Below, piece by piece: positions 1 to 13,070 of a DNA stretch of 64,000 nucleotides. The notes below the pieces were generated by a model. That model was not told where the DNA came from. It made no database searches and saw only the letters and a list, made by a program, of their open reading frames with translations. This DNA comes from Octopus bimaculoides (lineage: Eukaryota), in contig NC_068984.1 of assembly GCF_001194135.2 (NCBI RefSeq), positions 93,510,359 to 93,574,358 on the forward strand, read 5' to 3'. Numbering within the stretch: position 1 is the first letter of the stretch; every line of letters begins with the position of its first letter. The translations under genes and the position numbers were made by a program.

Positions 1-115
1 TTAAGTAACACTAAGAATAAAGCAAAACCCAAAATGAAGGAGCTTTTGACTGTTTTATAGGTATTTCAAAATTATGATGCTATGATGCTAGGTGTTTCCA
101 TATTTTGTCCAACCC

Positions 116-117
<2 letters not shown>

Positions 118-172
<55 letters not shown>
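118..172. repeat. (TG)n(TA)n microsatellite
   Basis: Seen directly in the sequence. Confidence 0.95.
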
Positions 173-175
<3 letters not shown>

Positions 176-1733
176 AGAAAAGAAATGGAACAATAATTAT
201 CAATGAGAAATTGATCATTGGTATTAAAAAGTCATTATTTAATTGTAGTTTGGAACCATTTACAGCTGTTTCTGTTTATCAAATTGGAGTAAATTTACCT
301 CATTACATTTAACAAACATCTTCACGATGATTTTAGAGAGTAATGAAAGGAAAAGAAAAAGGGGGAAAAGTTCATTAAGTCTTTAGGCCTACATTTTAGC
401 GACTTGTTGGGTTCCACATGTTTGTAGTTTCCTCCATTAGATGCATGGGGCAGGAAGTGGGGACAATGATTATTTGACTGACGGTGTTAGCCAAAGTAGT
501 TATACCTGGTGGAGATATCCGGTGTTGTTATTTATAATATATAACGCTGTTTGTGACCTCTAGGTTAGTCCCTATGATTACAAAGGATGCCCTTGTTAAA
601 AACTAAGGATGTTATCTAAAGTTTGTACAACATAGTGTATACATATGGGCCACGTAAAGGAATAATAAAAAGAGTTGAAGAGTACATAAATAAGAATCAA
701 TAAAATCAATAGAAATTATAACATGTAATGTGAGTCAGTAATCTAGCTTTAAAGTGAATATATCATATGGGATTATATGCCCCCGTAGATTTTTAATAGA
801 TAGTTCGGTTAGTCGGGGTATCTAATTTAAAATTGTGACGTGAAGTTAAATTATGTTCTGTGGTAAGTGAGGGGGTTAGGGGAGGTAATAAGGGAGGTCC
901 ACTAATAACCTGTAATATAAGGATGAGCAATATTTTGAGAATAAGAATTTATCTTTATGCAAACATGTTCTATTTTTCTCATTTCGTTTATTACGAATTG
1001 GGTACAGACACAGAAAGCACTATTAACAACCCTTTACTTCTTTATTCAATATACTCAGCTATTTGCAGTTCATCATCATCATTGTTTGCAGTTCTTATCA
1101 TAAAAGTAAATGTACAAGTAAAAATCCTGATACTTTTCTTTTGGTAGGGGGGGGGTGAAGAAATATGAGTATGACTGAATGTACTATAGTAACACAAGAA
1201 AAAAATGAGAGGGAAAAAGTTGAGGAATCAACTGGAGAGACAACATCCATATGAACATTATATGTTGGGTGAAAAATGCTATGAGTTGATAATAGAAAAT
1301 GTCCATGACAGTGGATAGCTAATGAAAACCTGTAAACCATAATTAAAACAAGCTCAATAACATTTAGTTTTATAGAGAAGGTGATATAAAATCAAGGCAT
1401 ATAGAAAGATGTTCTATTGTGAAATCATCTTAACCACAACATAATTGAAAAATAGATGATGATGATGATGATGATAATGAGGATGTATCAGAGCACTTCA
1501 TCTGATGCCTTTAACCCTTTAGTGTTCAAACCGGCCAAAATTAATTCCCCTTTATTTGTTCAAACCGGCCGTATCCGAAAGCTCTATGAAATCGCTAAAA
1601 AAATAAACAAATCACGTTATTGAATTCTCGTAGCTTTGAGATAATGCGAGATGAAGCCTTTCCCGCCCTTATTCAAGTATAAATACTGGGAAATTTTTTA
1701 GACCACATGGTTTTTTTCAACGTTTGAAGAGAA

Positions 1734-3388
1734 GTGTTTATCTTGGTTGTGAAAGAAATGGTGTCAGCAAGTAGCGATTCCGATTTTGAAGGATTTACAA
1801 TTGATGATACTGAAAATATCAATGAAAACAAAAGTATTTTGTTTTCGGATGAATCTGATATCGATATCAGTGATTTTTCGTTGAACGAGGAAGAGTTTAA
1901 TAACGGAAGTGAAGAAAATGAAAGTGATGAAAATGATAGCGTAAACATGGCAACATGGTCAAAAATCGTAACACCGACCACTATTTCTGATTTTACAGAA
2001 AACACTGGTCCACAACATAATTTATCTCCTGATGCTCAACCATTAGACTATTTTTTAAAATATTTCTACCTGAAAGTTTCTTTGAAAATGTTGCGGAGGA
2101 AACTAACAAGTATGCGCAACATTTAATTACTGTTCGTGGAAGGTACGATCCACTGTGGCAGCCAACAACTACTGCGGAAATGAGAGCATTTTTCACAATC
2201 AACATTATGTTTGGTGTGAAACAGCTTCCTCGACTGTGGAACTATTGGAGTCCCGCTGTAAGGTATGGCGATCCATATATTTCGAGTATAATGTCTCAGT
2301 ATTTGCATTTGACTGATTCTGTAAATGCCCCCAACAAAAACAACCCAAAGTACGATCCCCTGTACAAAGTACGTCCTATAATTGATTTACTTGTTAATAA
2401 TTATAGAACTGTGTATCTACCTGGGAAAAATCTCAGTGTAGATGAAGCCATGATAGACTATAAGGGCAGAGTACATTTTCGGCAGTACATGCCTGCCAAA
2501 CCTACTAAATGGGGGATCAAGGTATGGGAAGTTTGTGAATCAGACTGGATACTGTGTAAACTTCGATGTTTACACAGGTAAAAAATATAATGGAAACCGA
2601 CTGCATGGATTGGGACATGATGTAGTGTGGTCCCTTACTGAACCATTTCACCATCAGCACCGACACCTCTATTTCGACCGTTTTTTTCGTCAGTGACTTT
2701 GGCGGAAAATCTTGCCCGTGTAAGTACTTACATGTGCAGTACTGTTATGGGAAACCGTAAAGGTTTACCCCGTGAAATGAAAATAAAATTAAAAAATAGA
2801 GGGGACATTTTACAGATGCAAAAAGAAGATCTACTAATTACTGCATATAAAGACAAAAGACAGATTTTATTTCTGTCTACTAATGAACAACCTGGTGTTG
2901 GTGCTGAGGGGAAACCCCTTCTGAATATTTGTTATAACAAATATATGAGTGGGGTTGATAAATCCAACCAATATCGGGCATATTACCCAGTAGGTCGACC
3001 TGGGAAGAAATGGTGGAGGTACATTTTGTGGTTTTTAGTGAATTTAACAATAGTAAATTCATATATTGTATATGTAAAAAGCCACAAAGTACCTCCACCA
3101 CCAAAAGACTACGACCATTTGAAATTTCGGGTTGACATCGCATCTCAGTTACGTGAGGGCTTTTCTTCTAGAAAGCACAGAACTGGGAGAAAAGCAAAAT
3201 TAACTGAGGTGGATGTCAACAGAGAAAATATTGACTTCCATCAAGTTGAAAAGATAAATGGAAGAAAAAAAGTTTGCAGACTGTATTCACTGCAAAAAAG
3301 AAAAACTGCGAAAAGATATCAGGTCAAGACCTCATACATGTGCTCCTTCTGCAAAGTGCCCTTGTGTAAAGGATTTACTGTGAGCAAC
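1734..3388 (+). pseudogene. piggyBac (PGBD4-like) transposase, frameshifted
   Basis: Acidic N-terminus, LSVDEAM, MPAKPTKWGIKVW, YFDRFF, YMSGVD (DDD triad) and a Cys-rich C-terminal CSFCKVPLC, split over at least 3 frames. Confidence 0.9.
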
Positions 3389-3492
3389 NNNNNNNNNNNN
3401 NNNNNNNNNNNNNNNNNNNNNNNNNNNNNNNNNNNNNNNNNNNNNNNNNNNNNNNNNNNNNNNNNNNNNNNNNNNNNNNNNNNNNNNNNNNN

Positions 3493-4010
3493 CCTCGACC
3501 TTATAACCTCACAGATGTCAAGCGAAGTTCAACTGGGCAGCGACTGACCTACTTAGGTACTAAACCTGCTGCAGCATGTCCATCCTTCTAGCTGCCCCTG
3601 ATTTTTATAAATAGGAGAATTTAGCAGGGACAGAGACAGACGGAGACTGTGATTTGACACAGACTGACCGAGTGCACTGCGACTATCACACAGAGATTGG
3701 CCGTGCCACGCTAATGAGAGAGAGAACTACCGCAAGATGAAAGAACGAACACACACACACACACGAACATATTTAGTCTTCGGATACATCAACTCCACAG
3801 ATGTATCCTGGTTCCATTTTTCCTAGCAACTCGAAGTAAGTTACCAAAATTTAATGTAGTGGTGAAGAATATTTACTAACACCAGAGTTCAATGCAGCAA
3901 ATAAAATATGTTATAGTTGAACATAGTTATCTCTTTGTTTATTCACAGGCAAACATATGCCTATCGCACCCTGACACAATAACACAAACATACAACATTT
4001 TGGTGACTCC
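3493..4010 (+). mobile_element. LTR fragment with PBS-like remnant nested in the piggyBac 3' region
   Basis: Collinear similarity to the LTR at ~25640-26227 (gatgtcaagcgaagttcaa...ctgctgcag...cttctagctgcc). Ends ...ACA at 3997, followed by TGGTGACTCC. Confidence 0.7.
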
Positions 4011-4535
4011 ACTACATACCTCATCTTGAAAAATGTAAAATTGTTGGCGGTTGACATCTGGGATAATTTTAGCAGCAAACCAAACAGGTAAGATGTATTA
4101 AGAATATGAATTTTAGTGTTTATTCATAATGTTATTGTTTTTACACCTGTTAATTAAATTTACCTGCCCATAAAAGTCAAATCTAGTCAGAAAGATCAGT
4201 TAAAATTACGTAATTATAAACCACTGGCATATAAGCACCCATTTACAAAATTTCAATTCTGTATGTAGAAAATTAACAAAGTTAGAAGCAAATATTGTGG
4301 ACACCCCACTTGAACCTGAATAAGTAAAAATTAATGTGAACGGATAAGCATTACATTTGACAAATTAATCTGAACACTAAAGGGTTAATTTAGAATACAT
4401 AATACCTGTTCAAGTGTATTATATCAAAAGAAATTTTAATATTTATCTGTTGATCATGGAGAACACAACTGTTGCAGCTATTAACTGAGCTTAAATATTT
4501 AGGTTTTATGCAGAGAATGACACACCTATATATTA

Positions 4536-5800
4536 TCTCTGTATATATAAAATTCTCTGTCTGTCTGTTTCCTATGCATTCTGAAATGGCTCGACCAAAT
4601 CAAATCACATTTCACAAGGTAATAGTATCAGACCCTGTGAGTGTCAACATGTTATTATTTTTTTTTTTCATTTGGATTAAAACAATATAACATAGACACT
4701 GATTCAGTATTATGTGTCAAAAGTGAAAGAATAAGATCTATATTGTAATGTGATATAATACGGTTTCGCTTTTATTCTTTCACTTTTGATAAGACTGATA
4801 TTGTTTCATTTTTATTCTTTCACTTTTCATTCTAATGTGATAACACCAAGATCATCTTATTTCTATTGTATTTGAAATAAATGAATAATTTATATCCTAA
4901 TATGAACAACATTATGCATCAGCAACTTTCCATCTTTACAGCCACGATAGCAGAATGATGTGTCAGTGTATGTGTGTTGACTGACATAACGAACAGCTTG
5001 AGGTGAAACTCTTGACAAAAAACAATGAGGTGGCAGGTCCAAGGCATACAAAAGCACGCACTTACCATTCAATAACCAGTTAATAATTATCACAGCAGTT
5101 GCAAGGTATTTACAATTATAAATTAGCAGTTCATAAATGTGCTTCTATTTGATTAATTTGCTTATATTTGGTTAATTTATACTGCATACAAAATTAAAGA
5201 CATAGCACATACATACAACTACTTACAAAAATAGAGATTAATGTATAATTTTTTTCTGTTTACAATATTGAAAGATGCCACCAAAGAAAAGATGTAATCT
5301 CTCCTGAAACTATAATAGTTGTTTCTGGAGAGATTACATCTTTTCTTTGGAGGATTCTAGAAAACCGAAGCAAGTCTCAAGAGAGAAGGTAGATGACACT
5401 TTCACAAGATCAGCAAATGCATGTTGCAACACGTCAAATGCAGTCTCAATACAGAAGGGAGATGAGATTTTCTCAACATCAACAAATGCATGCTGCAGCA
5501 TGTCAAACACCTTCAATACAAACATAACAGAATAAATTCAAATTTAAATTGAAAATTCTTAAGTAAAATGAAAAAAAGATGAATACAAATCGCTCATATT
5601 TTCAAAAATTCCATTTTCAGAAACAGAGTGCAAAAAGGAAAAAAAAAAAGATAACTTACATATCATCCTCAGCATCAAGAGCTGTCTGTGAAGGGAAAAA
5701 GTCAGATTGCTTGATATATAACCAAAGATCTTTCATTTCAGATTTGAAGCATTTAGGACCTGAATTAAAAGGTAGAAGGGATACAATTTGTAGCTGCAGT
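4536..5800 (+). mobile_element. Helitron-like 5' remnant
   Basis: A|TC start followed by TATATATAAAATTCTCTGTCTGTCTGTTT, typical of invertebrate Helitron 5' ends. 18-bp inverted repeat at 4717-4734/4772-4789. Degenerate ATG-PPKKR start and repeated QDQQMHVA-like units near 5275-5520. No 3' end found. Confidence 0.45.
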
Positions 5801-5829
5801 GAAAATGTTATAACATGGTACTAAATGTC

Positions 5830-6330
5830 AAGACAGCCATTTTTTAATGGTTAAGTCAGGTTCCAGAGTTACTGAGACTACTTAGATTTATAGGGTTCAT
5901 GTTCATGGACAAGAAAAGAATTCCAGACAATTGATATATTGGAGAAGGATTAGAGTAAATTGTTAGTGTAGTCTGGAGGAGAAGTGAGAATCATTGTAAA
6001 GGTAAAGAGAGTAAAAGAGTAGAGTATGTCAAATGGTAGGGAAAGTATACAATTAGCAAGCACTTAGGAGTAGAGGCCAAAAGGAAGAAAGAGGGGACAG
6101 TGTGCTTGTGAGTTACAAGTTGAAGTGTATTGGTGGATAACTTCTTAGACAACTCACAGGTAAGATGTGTGTGTAAAAACAGCAACCACCCCAAATATGA
6201 ATAGATAAGATGTTCACTTTGCAAACATGAGGTGTCATGTTCAATCACAATGGCCTTTTCCATAACTTGAAGTTGAACAGTGAGAGAAAGTGGATAGACA
6301 AGCACTGTGGAAATCTGTTGGGTGGATTAC
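5830..6330 (-). mobile_element. Degenerate Penelope-like element, GIY-YIG region
   Basis: Minus-strand peptide IVIEHDTSCLQSEHLIY resembles the FTCTSxNLIY motif preceding GIY-YIG. Heavily decayed. Confidence 0.4.
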
Positions 6331-7492
6331 ATTATAAATTCTAAGTGGTGTAGGTTTTTTTTTAAATTTTGTTGTTACTGTTTGCCATGGGTAAGTTATT
6401 TGTTATAGTATTTTTGACATAGCTATAGTCTCTAGGTTCTATTTATCACTGATTCTATGAAAAGTTGCTTCACTGAAGGAGAGACTGCTTATCTATTTGC
6501 TTATTGCTATAGGCAATTGCTCAATAACATTCAGTGAAAGATGAAAAGTCAGCAGATCCCAGGTTGGTTTTTACTGTTATTTCCAGGTTACATTTTTGAA
6601 GGTGAATTAATTATTCCTGAACATGTTGCCTGTGCGTCCTTCCCAATTTTACAGCTCATGTTAATGTTGTCTATCTGTCCTAGTTCACATAGGCATAATA
6701 GACCTAGAAGTTCACACGTTTTGTCATAACTGTCAATAAAAACATAAATATTTGTTTATCCACTTTTTTTTAACATTTGAATGTCTAGAATATACTATAG
6801 TTTTGTGCTCCTTTTATGTCATACTGGTTAACACTTACAATGTCAAGTTGGATTAACTCTTGATCTGATTGAAGTATTTTTTTTGGTCAAACCAGTTAAT
6901 CAGAGTACATTTTGGCATGAGCTTGAAGTTGTTTTTTAGCATAATACAAGCAATTTTCTCGGTTATGCAGTTAGCTCTGTGTGTATGTAGAGCTTGATTG
7001 CTACCTGTTTTGCATGTGCATTGAAGTTATATATGTTACTGTAGGACTTTTTGTGGTTTTCTCTCATTTCTTTTGCTATGCTGTTGCATATATGTAATTA
7101 CTGTGTCTAAATTCAAAGTCATTAGCATGAAATCATGGTATGGGAGTAACTAAAGAGTCACTAAATACTTACATATACATCTATTATACATTTGAGAAAG
7201 TTTGTATGTGCACATAGGCATGTTCCTTTTCCCAACTTTCTACTGTTTGTCACTATCATTGTTTCTCTGCTCCCAGCACAGATAAATCTCTGTTTTACTG
7301 TTCTACCCTCTCTGCCTGCACCTCACTGAAAGCTTAATATTTCCAATCATTCTTATTCCCTTCTCTCTGTCACTCTCTATTTCTCTCAAACATACATACA
7401 ATTTTTTTGAGCTCCCTGCCATTCTCATACCCTTCTTTCTCCCTTGAGGCTTGATAACAAAGTAACAGTTTTAACAGAATACTTAATGTTAA

Positions 7493-8937
7493 CCCTTTCA
7501 TTACCAAACCGCCCAAAGCCACCCGAAAAAATTTTGGTTCATGTGACCAAGCCGCCCAAAACCGCCCGTAATCACTTATTCATATTTAAATGAGAATATC
7601 CGAGCAAATCTCGTTAGTACATTCGTGAAAATACGTGATTATTTGTGTAAACAGTTCAGCTATAGTTTTGTACGACAATCAACATGTTTTTTTAATTCTG
7701 TGAATTTTGGGAGATTTTTTTCCAAATTTGTTCCTGTTGTGTTTTCAAAATTTGTAATCCTGACAAAAAAAATGGATACAAATTTTATTCTGTCAAGCAG
7801 CGAGTCAGAATTCGAAGGATTTTCCGTTGNNNNNNNNNNNNNNNNNNNNNNNNNNNNNNNNNNNNNNNNNNNNNNNNNNNNNNNNNNNNNNNNNNNNNNN
7901 NNNNNNNNNNNNNNNNNNNNNNNNNNNNNNNNNNNNNNNNNNNNNNNNNNNNNNNNNNNNNNNNNNNNNNNNNNNNNNNNNNNNNNNNNNNNNNNNNNNN
8001 NNNNNNNNNNNNNNNNNNNNNNNNNNNNNNNNNNNNNNNNNNNNNNNNNNNNNNNNNNNNNNNNNNNNNNNNNNNNNNNNNNNNNNNNNNNNNNNNNNNN
8101 NNNNNNNNNNNNNNNNNNNNNNNNNNNNNNNNNNNNNNNNNNNNNNNNNNNNNNNNNNNNNNNNNNNNNNNNNNNNNNNNNNNNNNNNNNNNNNNNNNNN
8201 NNNNNNNNNNNNNNNNNNNNNNNNNNNNNNNNNNNNNNNNNNNNNNNNNNNNNNNNNNNNNNNNNNNNNNNNNNNNNNNNNNNNNNNNNNNNNNNNNNNN
8301 NNNNNNNNNNNNNNNNNNNNNNNNNNNNNNNNNNNNNNNNNNNNNNNNNNNNNNNNNNNNNNNNNNNNNNNNNNNNNNNNNNNNNNNNNNNNNNNNNNNN
8401 NNNNNNNNNNNNNNNNNNNNNNNNNNNNNNNNNNNNNNNNNNNNNNNNNNNNNNNNNNNNNNNNNNNNNNNNNNNNNNNNNNNNNNNNNNNNNNNNNNNN
8501 NNNNNNNNGGGGGATCAAAGTTTGGAAGATTTGTGAATCAAATACTGGGTACTGCTCTGGATTTTAATTTTATACTGGCAAAAGAGACAGTAATGAATCC
8601 AGTAATGTGCACAACTCTTCTATAATAATATTTTGTTGTATACCCAATTGAATATTAGCTAATAACCCATTTTCTATAGCGATGTTTGAACAAAAATTTA
8701 AATAATTTTATATTTTGTTGAATTTACCTGTAATTAAAGTCACTTTGTGACAAAAATTTTGGTATAGAATTGGTTGAGAACCTTTCGTTAAATTATCTTC
8801 CAAAAATCACATTAATATGTTGATAAATAAAAAAGTTAGAGTTGTTTAATGAAACCAGATTAAATTTATGATTATGTTAGAAATTAATTGAAAGACATAA
8901 GGGGTGTATTTTGGTCAGAAATATGGTAACGAAAGGG
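7493..8937 (+). mobile_element. piggyBac element (family B), internally deleted and gapped
   Basis: TTAA at 7489-7492 and 8938-8941. TIR CCCTTTCATTACCA / TGGTAACGAAAGGG (1 mismatch). Transposase pieces MDTNFILSSSESEFEGFS and GIKVWKICESNTGY lie either side of a ~680-nt gap. Confidence 0.88.
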
Positions 8938-9559
8938 TTAAACTGGTGCTGATTATGACATAACAATAGGAAGATAAATTTCATGGATGTAAGTTCAAAC
9001 TACAGTCATTGTTAAAAATGATGTCTCCATCAATTGCCACGGAAAAAGGAATTGTCATACATTTTGATCTGGTTTACAAATAACTTTTACTTCAATAATA
9101 TCTGCAGAGCTTCAGATCCATACAAGAAGAAAGAGATCTTCAATATTGTTAATACTCAATTGGTTTAGGATTCCTGTGGTGCTCTCAACAAGTTAGCTAG
9201 CATGGAAAACAGTATCCAAGATCATAATAGATGAATATGACTATCTTTCTTATAGAAGAAGAGCACCAGAGAATAGATGTTTCCAACATTAGATAGGACA
9301 GGATGAAATTGAGATGAAGACTACAAGGTGTTCCTACAAAAAGCTAAAGTGATAAGTCTTGAGTATCATTAGAAGAAAGTATACTTTAAATGTCACTCAA
9401 CAGGAATGTTTCTTTCTATGACTTTTCCATAAAGAAGGAGATGCAAGTTCATTTCAAGATATTCAAATAATCAATGAGAAAATTTGCATCACTTATAGAG
9501 AGAAAAGCTTTATATTTGGGTTGGTGGAAAATGATATCCAATGGGATGCAGCATAGTCA

Positions 9560-10520
9560 GAAGATTCTGTAACTCAAACAGCCAAGAGCCTATGAATTTT
9601 CTTTTTTTCATATTCATTGGATGGATCTTTTAAATTGCACCATCTAACTATTTGTTGCATTTTTGTCATCTTGAGACCAGCTTTTACTACTTCTGTCCAT
9701 TTTGACCTTGGTTTTTGTCCTCCACAGTTCCCTTCCACTTGGATATCATGGCACCTTTTTACACATCCGTTATCCTTCATACACATTACTTCCATAAAAA
9801 TGTACCTTTTGTTGTTGCACACAAAAACTAATCCCTCTTATACTCAGGTAATCATTCACCTCATCTATACTATGCTACTCATGCATATTAAACATTAACC
9901 ATTCAGGAGAGCATGATTGCTTCATTTCACTCAAACTTGTGCCTATCTTCTGTATTTGGTGTCCACATTTCACTTTGTACACAAGTAACATGCAATCTAC
10001 TCATCACACAGAGAATCCATCTGTTGCAAACAAGTAACAACAACTTGAATTTTTTCCCCACTCTGTATTTATTCTGGTTACTATGCTTGTCGAGTACTCT
10101 CCTCTACAGCTGACTGGCTGCCCATGTAACAGAAGCTACCAGCTATGTCTATAGCAATGGAAGGAATATATTTTACTTCTGCACTGGCTGCTAACTACTC
10201 CTGTACATCTGCCATAAACAAAGCCTTATTTCATTGTCGGTCCATCTGTTATCCCAGTACAAATTTTCAGCACTCCTAATTCACATAGTTCATACTTCTA
10301 TTCTGCATATCAACTCAGAACTTACTTCTATTCTGCATATCAAGCTCAGTCATTTTCCCTGATAACATGAAAGTCCTGCTCGTTTTTCAATTTACTAAAA
10401 CTTTGGTCTTCGCAGTTCTAGGTTTTGCTTTCACATCTGGAATTTCTCTGCAGACCATATACTTTACCCTTTTGATATGAATATACCCAAGACCACTTCT
10501 AAATCCATAATGCAAAACCA
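9560..10520 (-). mobile_element. Old RTE LINE 3' fragment
   Basis: Peptide GCVKRCHDIQVEGNCGGQKPRSKWTEVVK matches the C-terminus of the RTE copies at 14-17 kb and 58-60 kb. Confidence 0.6.
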
Positions 10521-10986
10521 CTTACGTGTTCATATTTAGACCATTTTGTTTCATTCTGTCCCAAACACCAAATTAATCATGAAAAGTTTATTTTGCTAAA
10601 TTCCTCTAAATTAACTGAAATATACATTTGTTATGAAATATCAATTCTTATGAAGTACACTGTGTGTACTTCATAAGAAATGTGGTAAAGAAAAGAAGAC
10701 TAACATTTCATCTTGAAAGCATCACTGAAGATGAAGTAATAATAACCATCATTTATATACTGAAATATAAGATATAAGATAAAAATAAGAAGAAAATTCT
10801 GATAATACTTACTGTAATTTAATGTATTAAGCAGATATAAAAGACTGTAAAATTGATGGTAGTTTTTAAATTTATCTGGTTTTGATTGGGTAAATGTATG
10901 AAGTTCCTTTAAAAAATACCTTCAATAGAAAAAGTATATTCATGAAAAAATAGAGAAAAACTGAAGAAAATTGTAAATGACATATA

Positions 10987-12192
10987 CAAGGTGGGAGGGG
11001 TATTTCAGAACATCTAATTTTCAGTGCATTACTCTCTTCAAACTAACTAAGAAGTTTCAAATCACCAAAGGCAGACAAAATGCTAACATAAGAAGTGAAA
11101 AGACATGCAGTCATTGTTGTCCTATGTACAGAACACAGCATCTTAGAAAGTACCAACTTTCTAAATGTTGCAAGATCTTTTGTACATAAACTTCAGATGG
11201 AAATGGAAACCTCTGGCAGAAATATTTCAACTCTATCAAAGAGAAAAAACATTTTAAATGTTTAGACACAATAAGGACATGACAATTCATCCAATGGATT
11301 CCAAACATTATTGATGATGATCCCAGAAAATGAATGAGTCATCATCAAAGAACTTTGGGTGCTAGAGTAAACTATGGCACACAAGGATACTTGATACAAG
11401 TCATAAATACTGAGAAGGGGCCAATTCATATCTGCAAAGATACAGAAAAAAACTGTTTGGTTGTCCCAAGCATTACTTAACAAGTAACTGCATGGCATGC
11501 TTTGGTTTTTCTCTGATGAGAAAAACTTCTACAAAGACCAAAAGTCTAACAGGAGAAAAGACAGATGGTTATATGCAGACACTTTGATGCCCTTGGAGTG
11601 ATGAACACTAAGTTTCAAGCAGCTCTGATGGTTTTAGGAGTGGTGAATAATGAAGGCTATGTCATGCCACCTCACATCCTTCCACAGAGTCCCAAAATCA
11701 TTGCTGCTCAGGTGTTGGAGACTATTATTGAGTCCTGAATAGATGAGATATGCAGTGGTAGGTTATATGTGCTTCAATAAAACTCAGCACCTTGCAAAGC
11801 CCACATTGCTCAAGAATGGATGTTAGACAATCATTATGATTATACAATGCCAAGTTAGTATCCTCCAACTCACCAGATCTAAATCTCATAGATTATTACA
11901 TTTGGTGCATTGTTGAAAGAGAGACAACATGTTGAGAATACTATAGCTTCAATGAAGGCAACCGCTGTCCAAGTGATGTTCAGAAATGAATAACAGCTAT
12001 TTAGAGCAGGAATGTCAATGACTCTGTTACCACATTAAGGCAGTCATTAAAGCTGAAGGTGGATTCATGGACTAATCTCATAAGAAAGCTTATCAAGAAC
12101 ATGTGCACAAATTTGTATTAAAATACATTTTCTTTTGTACTAGATTAGAGTTATTTTATTAAATCATTTTCTCAAATACTTTTCACACCTTG
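10987..12192 (+). mobile_element. Tc1/mariner-superfamily (maT/DD37D-like) transposon relic, ~1.2 kb
   Basis: TA at 10985-86 and 12193-94. Degenerate TIR CAAGGTG...GTATTT at both ends. Decayed transposase 11080-12075 with FFSDEKNF, NSAP and SPDLNLIDY motifs. Confidence 0.8.
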
Positions 12193-12428
12193 TATTTCTC
12201 ATTCTCCAATGAAATATTCTTGAATGCCTTGCCTATAGAAACATGCACCTCATCTTCCTTGGCATTTAAACACACATAGCACACTTATGCACCTTATCCT
12301 CTTTGGTTGTAAAACACCATTCCACTCTCCCCACTTACTTTATTCATGCTACTGTCATGGAACTTTCTTCTCTCCCTTCTTTCCTAACTAAATATAATGC
12401 AAACAATGCTATTGAAGTGATTTCCTTT

Positions 12429-12429
<1 letters not shown>

Positions 12430-12508
<79 letters not shown>

Positions 12509-12525
12509 TACATATAAACATATAT
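12430..12525. repeat. (TA)n(CA)n microsatellite
   Basis: Seen directly in the sequence. Confidence 0.95.
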
Positions 12526-12966
12526 ACAATTCTTGCCCATTCTTAATTTGAATTCCAATTCTAATACTATCCCCATCTCTTCAAGCATACTTTCTTTCTC
12601 CCACTCGATCACAAATTTTGCCCCACCCTCTTCCCTCCACATTAATCATTTTTTAACAAACACCACTCCCCTTGCAAATCTCTAACCTTATTGAAAACTA
12701 CTGGTCAAATGACCTTGCTTAAATTCCATAACTCAGCCACTCCCTTATGTTTTTATTCCTTTTATTCTATTTTATTTTCTTAGTAATATTCCTAATTTCT
12801 CTCTACATTTATTTTCTCTACTTTTACTGTGCTCTCTATGCATGCTAATCAAGCACAAGTTTGTAGATAGGAACAAGACTATGGCAAGATAGGGGGAATA
12901 AGTTACTAGGCTGAACAAATGAAATCTATTATCACTTGCATTTCTTTCCAATTAGGATCTACATCA

Positions 12967-13070
12967 TTATAGACTAGAACATTTTGAATCAGTCTTTAGC
13001 TCTGCTGTTGAACAACAGAGCAAACTATTTACAGTATGATAAAAATTCAATCTAGTGGTAATCCAGAAAT
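12967..13070 (-). CDS. Possible terminal exon of the host gene (phase 1 start, FWITTRLNFYHTVNSLLCCSTAELKTDSKCSSL*)
   Basis: Acceptor ttttactactgtatcctgacag and an open frame to TAA. Only weak resemblance to the NCAPG2 C-terminus, and the exon needed between it and 22113 was not found. Confidence 0.25.

Larger units (their letters stand above)
1515..4384 (+). mobile_element. piggyBac DNA transposon, near full length, with disrupted transposase
   Basis: TTAA at 1511-1514 and 4385-4388. Perfect 14-bp TIR CCCTTTAGTGTTCA / TGAACACTAAAGGG. Subterminal direct repeat TGTTCAAACCGGCC. Contains an N-gap at 3389-3492. Confidence 0.9.

Noticed and set aside
340-1400. Possible NUMT or old LINE/Penelope fragment
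   Set aside because: No frame gave a recognisable motif under either genetic code. Left unannotated.
4406-4526. Minus-strand open frame ending AG|GTATTA as a further host exon
   Set aside because: Poor acceptor, weak similarity and unverifiable phase.
7625-8567. Long ORFs in the track spanning N-runs (also 26343-26975, 32765-33414, 44949-45529)
   Set aside because: Their length comes from X-translated gaps.
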